64,000 bases of DNA from Octopus vulgaris. Its lineage: Eukaryota. The number at the start of each line of letters is the position of its first letter. The stretch's first letter is position 1. A model generated the notes under the pieces. That model did no database searches and was not told the DNA's origin. It saw only the letters and a list, made by a program, of their open reading frames with translations. A program made the position numbers and the translations under genes. Positions 14,185 through 64,000 of the stretch are shown here, piece after piece. The stretch lies in the NCBI GenBank assembly GCA_951406725.2, contig OX597823.1, positions 28,768,001-28,832,000 on the forward strand, written 5' to 3'.

Positions 14185-14403
14185 TTCATTTCTTTATTGC
14201 CCAGAAGGGGATGAATAAGGACAGACAAAGGGATTAAGTCGATTATATCGAACCCAGTTCGTAACTGGTACTTATTTAATCGATCCCCGAAAGTATGAAA
14301 GGCAAAGTCGACCTCAGCGGAATTTAAACTCAGAACGTAACGGCAGACGAAATACCCACTAAGAATTTCGCCCGGCGTGCTAACGTTTCTGCAAGCTCGC
14401 CGC
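14185..14403 (-). mobile_element. SINE family B
   Basis: Close reverse-complement match to 44874-45105. Confidence 0.88.
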
Positions 14404-14578
14404 TCTGTATGCATACATATATTAGCATGTAACTGTGTATCAGTTTGATTTGTGTAGTATCATTATATCTAAATACTTTTGAAGTACATATTGTGAAACC
14501 ATTATATATATATATATGGGGGGGGGCTTTCTCTGTGTGAGCGTGTATGTATATATATGTATGTAAATGTATGTATGG

Positions 14579-14619
<41 letters not shown>

Positions 14620-14678
14620 GTTATATCTATCTATCCTATCTATCTATCTGCCTCTCTCTCTCTCTCTCTCTCTCTATG

Positions 14679-14722
<44 letters not shown>

Positions 14723-15889
14723 TAGAGTAACAGTAAGAGACTGAGAGAGGGATGGGACAAAGACAGTAAAACGGAGGGAATCACAGGCATACACTATATT
14801 ATTTACACTGTTTTATCACTGAGAGCCATTCTTGATATTCTTAACAATCTCTGTTCAAATACTGCCGGTCATCTTTGCCTTAATCTTTCCGAGTTCGATA
14901 AAATGAAGTTTCAGTTTAATATTATTAACTAATCTGTTTCTCCAAATGTTTAGCCTTGTTTATTCGTTTCACATTATTGATATATTTGAAATAGTATTAC
15001 TAATAGTATTGCGACTAAATCAGATTAATCATTCGCAAGGAATGTATAATTTTAAACTCATAGACAACTTACATTAATCACTTAAATTTTATCAATGAAT
15101 GAATTAATTAATTAGTTAACTAAGATAAGGATACAATAATATTACTCTATGTTATATTTCTTCAATAGACACAGAATCGTTATACTTAAAGGAGAAACTT
15201 ATATACAGAAAAAGGTGACGTTTCGAATATTTTCACCAAGACTCATAAATGATATAAGCGCATGAGCAAGATTGAACCTGGGATTATTGGGGCCGCGACC
15301 TGGCCGGTTGAGAGTTTTAAATTTTTCTCTAAAATACTTACAATGAGGTAAATTCAAGAAAATTATATTACAGATAGCCCTATAGAAATGTTGTTCTTTT
15401 TTACAACTAGATGGCGCTTGTGTAATGCTAGTGGGGTCGGCATCTAAGAATAAGTTTTCAGTTTAATGTTCGACAGCTCAATAATAAGTTGATCTGTTGC
15501 TTCTAACTGCCTTATTGTACGAATCATAGTTCCATTCCTCAGTTTCTTATAATCAGTGTTGGAAATTATACAGTAAGAATAAGTGTGCTGTATTTTCTCT
15601 TCAGATGAAACCATTAAATATTACAAAAGTTTCAATATTATAGATTCTAATTTTAAAATAGTCAGGTTTGTAAAAAAACGCTTTCAATTACCTTCTGAAA
15701 TGCATTCACATTCTATTCCATTTTCTCTATAAATATATTTAAAAACTACCACGAAAATAAATATCAGAGGCTTTAAAATTATGATTAGGTCTAACGTAAC
15801 TAGTGAGCATGGACAGTATTAAGGATCATAGTAGGAAGCTATTACAGCTGACAATATCTCTAAAATAGTTTAATTTTTTGTTTCTCACA

Positions 15890-16250
15890 TAGCACAAGTC
15901 ATGAAATTGCTTTTGAGAGTGGACGCCTATGTTATCGACCGCAGTACTTGATTGCCACTGTATTTTATTAACTGATACTGAAAGATATAAGGTAAGATCG
16001 ATCTCGGTAGGATCAAATAAATACTGGATATCATTTTATCCAATGCATTAATGATTCTGCCAGAGAATTGTCGCTTGGAAAATTATAATTTACCCACAGG
16101 GTCAGGAATTTGTAGAGAAAGGAATTGTCTATTACATGGAACCCAGTACTTGGCAGATACTCAATTCTATCGACCCTAGGAATGGTAAAGGTGATCTTAG
16201 CGAAATTTGGACTAAAAACGTAAAGAGGCAGTGCGAATAACGCTTGGGAC
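15890..16250 (-). mobile_element. Two decayed family-B SINE copies
   Basis: atcgaccgcagtac and atcgaccctaggaatggtaaagg remnants. Confidence 0.55.
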
Positions 16251-16886
16251 TTTGATGGAAGAACTAATGATTCGGTGAATCCACTGTGCTAGAGATGAAG
16301 AAAGATATTAATAAGTAGAGGCAGAAGAGAAGTAAGGTAAAACAGAGACGTGTAAAAGAAAATGAAGAAGGAAGGTTAATAGAAGAAGAAGAAGAAGAAG
16401 AAGAAGAGAGAGGAGCAGAAAAGACGAAAGTAAGGAAATTCGAGGAAAGGGAGAAAGGACAAAAATAAGAAAAAAAAAAAAACATACATTTAAAAACAAA
16501 AAAGCAAACCTACAGAGAGAGAATGAAAGAAATGGACACGAACAAAAATCTTTTTATTACTTTTTTTAATATCATTAATATATATGTATATATAGATGTA
16601 TGTATGGGTAGAAAATAATAAAAACAATATAAATGTCAAAAGAGATTGAAAAAAATGCAAACGAAACCTACGGAACAGATATCTTAGAACAAAAGCATAA
16701 CACTAGTAGCGCATTAGATTGACCGTATGTATGTGTGTGTGTGTTTGTGTGTGTGTATCCGTGCGTTTGTATCTATATATACATAGACATTGAATTCGAC
16801 ACCGAGAAATAAGTTATGAAGGAATTATTTCCATATATAACATTGTTATATTTTATTCTATCCTTATTGCCGTGTTCGTGTTGCTG

Positions 16887-16947
<61 letters not shown>

Positions 16948-16971
16948 TATGTGTGTGTGTGTAAATATATT

Positions 16972-17025
<54 letters not shown>

Positions 17026-17422
17026 TTTGTTTCGAAGGTGAACAACAAGAAAAGTTAATGTATTTTCTAACCAGCTGGGAAGTTATTGTAGAGTTATATT
17101 AACTAAATAATAGGGTGTAATACCACTACAAACGTTCATGTGAATGACGGGTAGTTGCCTTGTTGTGTGGCTTTTATGATGCATTTGTTTTAGTAAGTAA
17201 CTCTAATCACTAAATTCTTTGCTATCTACTTACGATATGTACTTTAGTAAATTAATAAAAAAATTGCGGCAAGAAAATGAAGATAATTGAGAAAAATATA
17301 ATGCAGGAAGCTGACGTAACTGATATGGAAAGCGCTTTTTTAAAACTGTTCAAACATATATATATATACATACAGACATACATACATATATATGTATATT
17401 TATATATATTTATATATTTATA

Positions 17423-17494
<72 letters not shown>

Positions 17495-17866
17495 CATGTA
17501 TGTATAAACTTATATGCATTTGTAAATGTATGCATTTTCAATGAAGCAGAGAAAAAACAATAATAGGCAGTCTACAACAACTAACAAGTTCTCAAAAAAT
17601 AAAACATATCAGAAGTGAAGTTTTAGATAAAGGAATTAATTTTTCCGCGTGTAATTGTATTTGTACGTTTATTATGTAATTGTCTCCCTTTAAAGCAAGA
17701 ATATAACAAGGAAAAGTAAGTTCATGAACAAGGAGAAAGGATTTGTAGTTGAACATCTTAAAAAATATCTAGGTAGATACATGTCAGACGTTTTGTCCCT
17801 AACCTGGGTGACTAGCGATCATGTAATGATATTTTAAAATTTGTATGTATATGTGTATACATGCAT

Positions 17867-17900
<34 letters not shown>

Positions 17901-17932
17901 GTATATATGTATATATGTATGCATGTATGTAT

Positions 17933-17975
<43 letters not shown>

Positions 17976-18015
17976 TAACTACCTATATATGTACATGCAT
18001 ATACGTGTGATGCGC

Positions 18016-18054
<39 letters not shown>

Positions 18055-18819
18055 GTTTGTATATATGTATGCATGTGTTAGTGGAGTATTTATGTGTATA
18101 TGTTTCTCTGTTAGTGTGCTCGCATGTGTGTGTGTGTGTGTGTAAATACGCGTGGGAATGTAGATGTGCGTGCTAGTTCACGTGTGCGTGTATGCGTGTT
18201 TGATTATTTCATGCAATCAATTAATTGATTAATTTGAATATAATAATATAATAGAATAAATGCGAGTAAATGAACATTAAAATATTAATGACATCCGATA
18301 TACACTGTTATTAAATTTGTTGAAAATAATGGAATGGATACACAATTATTAAAGACGTTTTAAGTACAATTCTTCATAAGAGTTTTGATATAATTTTAAT
18401 ATTCATTTTAGTTATTATAATTACTATTGATACTTTTTATTGTATTATTATTTTTATCATTATTACGGTTTTTGTTTTTCTTGTTATTTTTATTTTAATC
18501 ATTATTATTATTGTTGTAATAGTTCTTAAAATATTACAATCATCGACATTATGATGATTTTAAAATTATTAAGATCACTATCATTATTATTATTATTATA
18601 GCTATTTTTTAAATAGATATGACTGCTAGCATTTAGATTGCTAGTTATAATAGCGTTATTGAGATAAGATTTCTGTAAGATTTTGATGATTTTTATAATA
18701 ATTATAATTAATATTTATTTTAATATTTATTTGTTCATTTTGATATATTTGTTTCTTGTGTCATTTTTTTTTTAAAGTTTCGCTCTGTATTTAAAGGAAG
18801 TAAAAATAAGAGGTTGCTA

Positions 18820-60350
<41,531 letters not shown>

Positions 60351-60490
60351 CTGAAATAATAAAAAAAAAAACGAATATTAACTTTCGAAAATAGAGATTT
60401 ACTTCTATTTTCATACACACAAATACGTACACGCGCCACACCCACGCACTCACACACACAACAAGCACACATTACGCACGCACATAGATA

Positions 60491-60563
<73 letters not shown>

Positions 60564-61639
60564 TGGAAAAAATGTGTGTATGCACATATATTTTAAAATA
60601 ACTGTAGTTATAAAATTATTATCTTCCATCACATGTTTGTCATTAAAATTTCTGTATTTTTATGGTTTCAGATTCCAAACTTCCAAGAATCCGCACAAAA
60701 GAATAAAAATTTGATTTTCTATTCGATAATTGATGATGTGACATAAATACATACCTATATACATACGTAAATGCATATATTTTTGTGCGTGTGAGAAGCC
60801 GTAAAATGCAAGTTAAATTTTTTTATTATATTAAACAATAGTCCAAGATTGCTTCATATTGTGATATTTGGATTTAAAACTCCTTATCAAAATAGAAATA
60901 GCTAATTATATTAAATTCGGAAATTTTCAAATCCAAACATATAGAAGCTCCACATATGCAGTGCAACGATTTACGTGGTGCAATGTTGTGTCATCGACAA
61001 CTCTTAACCGTTGTTATCTTGAGCCAGACAAAAGTTGAGGAAAAACAGCTACTGGTGATTATGAATAATTTATACGAATCGGGGCGATGCAGCCGGAAAG
61101 AAATTCAATTTTCATCTGCTACATCTGTAAGATATAATTCGCTTTTTGTCTCGTTGCATTGCTTAAGCTAATATATATAAATTTCACGTGATATTCCACG
61201 AGAACCGATGTCTCTCATGATATTGTCCGTTTCTCTCTTTTTCTCCTGTTTCTCAAGTGACCTCTTGGCCTATTAAAATAATAATAATAATAATAATAAT
61301 TGTGTACAGTGCTCAGGTGCACTACAACTCATCTAAAGTGTATATATAATCAGGTGTAGTTTCGGCTCATCATTGTACATTTTCTTCCTTTCTTGTCCTT
61401 TTACTTGTATTTCTACATTTTCAAGCATGTGTCTGACACGCGGCTTGGTCGAGTCCACGTTGGATTCTTTTGTTAGTTATTTCTTTTTTCGTTTTGTTAC
61501 AAATTTCACTCGTGTTATTTGTGACGCTTTTACACACACCCACTTACGCACAGACGCGCATACACACGCAAGCACGCATACATATGCACTAACACACAGA
61601 TTCATATATATAAGTGTGCACACACACACATACAAATAT

Positions 61640-61671
<32 letters not shown>

Positions 61672-61686
61672 GCATGTGTCGTATAT

Positions 61687-61725
<39 letters not shown>

Positions 61726-61738
61726 ACCATACAAACCC

Positions 61739-61795
<57 letters not shown>

Positions 61796-61812
61796 TGTCG
61801 TATATCTAACGT

Positions 61813-61844
<32 letters not shown>

Positions 61845-61904
61845 TGTCGTATATCTAACATTATATATATATATACAATCATACAAACTCCTTTATATAT
61901 ATAC

Positions 61905-61936
<32 letters not shown>

Positions 61937-62609
61937 AAGACTATTTTCCTTTAAGCTTTAGGTTTATATAAAACTACGATTACTATTATGTACAGGAATG
62001 TACAAACGGCGCGGTAGGAAAAAAAACACTCGCATCGAAAGCATATAGAAAATTTGTTTACATAAAAACAAAGGCGAACTATTACAGTTCTGAAATTTGA
62101 CAGGAACAGGGAGGCTGGTTCGCTAGTGTAAAGGTAACACACTTAGTCGCGTTAACAAAGCGATGTGGATTCTACTCCCACGCAGATAGGAAAGCCTTCT
62201 TTTTTTCTGTTGAGGGCTTATATATCCCTTTATTAGAATATTTCCCTTAGTCATTGCACAGTGATTGCTTTAAGCTTATATATAAATACCATTATTTGAA
62301 CGACGCCGTATAAAACAAAAACCATTCGTACTGAATTTTTGCTAAAAATTTATTCAATGGCAATTTCAGATGAACAGACCCTATAAAATAGATTTTCAGA
62401 CCTTTGGATTCGTCATTTAGGGACGTCAGAAGGGAAATGAATTATAATTTTGATGAAGTAACAACTATTGTAGCTATAGACTATCACCTAGCATTTCAAG
62501 TCATTCCCGAACGGAACAAATGACGAACATAGCCGAAGAACTAGGTTGAAATCATTACGATTCCAAAGACATGTTAACACTGGGAATATATATGACAGTT
62601 TAATGTGGT

Positions 62610-62815
62610 AAGTTAGCAAAATCGTTACCACATCGGACAAAGTGCTTAGAGCATTTCTTCCGGCTTTACGATCTGAGTTTAAATGTCGCCGAACTCGACC
62701 TTTATTTTTCATCATTTCGGAGTCGATGAAATAAGCACAGCTGAGCACTAGGATCGATGTAATCGATTTACACCCTCCACTACACTTGCTGGCCTTGTGC
62801 CAGAATTTGAAACCA
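62610..62815 (+). mobile_element. Decayed SINE family B
   Basis: tttcatcatttcggagtcgatgaaataagc...ggatcgatgtaatcgat. Confidence 0.75.
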
Positions 62816-63169
62816 ATATACGCGAAAGTTTACGTAATATTCAGCTTACGATGAAAGTAGACAATGTTTGCTTTAGAAGCTTTGAGATGTATTGAAAGAT
62901 CCAGCAGTAATTTATTCTCAGACGCATGATAATGCTCATAAAATAGCATGAACAGAATAAACAGAAAAAAATCTTTAGCGGTTAGCCGTGAAACTCGAAT
63001 TCATGTCCCTGTGATTACGCATCAAGTGCTTTACCTTTAAGCTAAGCTGTCCAGTAACGAATTGTTTTGCAATTATAGGAATTATAACTTTATAAGACGA
63101 TAACGTTAAATTCAATTTACATCTTTACACACACCAACATTGAACTGCTATTTTCTGCAGGTTTGAAAC

Positions 63170-63720
63170 TTGCAGAAGGAGTTGCCGATGAGAACGAAAA
63201 GATGTCAATAGATAACGTTAGCTAATTTAGGGTATCTGCAATTAAATCAAAAATGTACAAGTTTCCCGACATTCAACTTCCCTTTCACAATCATGAATAC
63301 CTCGGTTAGAAAAAAAATATTGATCCCAAGCCATAAGGCTGTCATCTGTTCAATGAATAAATCATTCAACATCTGTAGAGATCTGTAATGGTATAAATGG
63401 TTGTAGATGTCGTTTTATATCACCAATGTCCTGTAAGCCACTCCACTAAGTCCTCAATAATTGGCACTACATCACAGATTCATCAGAGATGCACATTGAA
63501 GAAATAATCCCAGTCATTCTTCTTAAAGAGTTAGATGCTTCACGATTGTGTAACGGAACAGAACTGGTTGTCAAGCAGGCCATTTGCTGTTTAATTGAAA
63601 TGGGATCGAAAAGTTGTGTTGCTGAAGAGCGCGTATGTTTCACAAGAATTAGACTCATTCTCGGTGACAGAACTCTCTGTACGAAATTCAAAATACTTAA
63701 TATAGTAGACTTGAATAATC
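63170..63720 (+). mobile_element. Decayed Helitron Pif1-helicase fragment
   Basis: FPDIQLPFHNHEYL and PVILLKELDASRLCNGTELVVKQ...VCFTRIRLI match the Helitron motif P.ILLRNL...LCNGTRL.V...V.IPRIP. Confidence 0.75.
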
Positions 63721-64000
63721 TGTTTATTCATAGAACGCCATAGGCCTCGCTCCCAGACCAGGAATTGATTGTATCTTTTGTGATCTGCAATGGCTGAATT
63801 TACTTACTTTTAACCTAGAGTAACGATGACAACAGCGAGTTCGCGAGAACTGAAACGCAAGTGGCTTTACGATTTTCATAAAATTCAACTTTATGTCTAA
63901 TGTCAGACAAGGATTTGAAAATAGTCAAATAAATTTAAATATCGGAAACAGCATTCTAATTGAAACACTTTTGCAGACTGAATACATCATTTGCTTTACA

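Noticed and set aside
16500-18819. Calexcitin 3' UTR end and polyA site
   Set aside because: Several minus-strand AATAAA candidates in very AT-rich sequence; cannot choose without 3'-end data.
61670-61900. Repeat-spacer pattern superficially like CRISPR
   Set aside because: Eukaryotic context, spacers are (TA)n, and there are no cas genes.
60351-64000. First coding exon of calexcitin
   Set aside because: I found no minus-strand segment encoding the expected N-terminus ending in F-Y-G|GT; it probably lies beyond the window.

Overview
AT-rich, microsatellite-dense eukaryotic genomic DNA, most likely an octopus or other coleoid cephalopod (inferred from the protein and the repeat families). 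The one host gene I can support is a minus-strand calexcitin (EF-hand, sarcoplasmic calcium-binding protein family). Five coding exons (60298-60350, 43553-43663, 32788-32920, 29070-29167, 18820-18933) splice in frame through GT-AG introns; the first ~22 codons were not found and probably lie beyond the window end. The rest is transposon-derived: a nearly intact CR1/L2-group LINE in a (TA)n tract (36301-39864), decayed RTE, R4/Dong, CR1-like and Helitron fragments, Tc1/mariner MITEs and four tRNA-derived SINE families. The most unusual signal is a dispersed set of non-coding fold-back elements beside microsatellites, several carrying minimal type-I hammerhead-ribozyme motifs (Penelope/retrozyme-like). 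The largest is a ~1.65-kb inverted repeat in a calexcitin intron whose arms each hold a hammerhead with a different core mutation. All calls were made by eye; no search or folding program was run.
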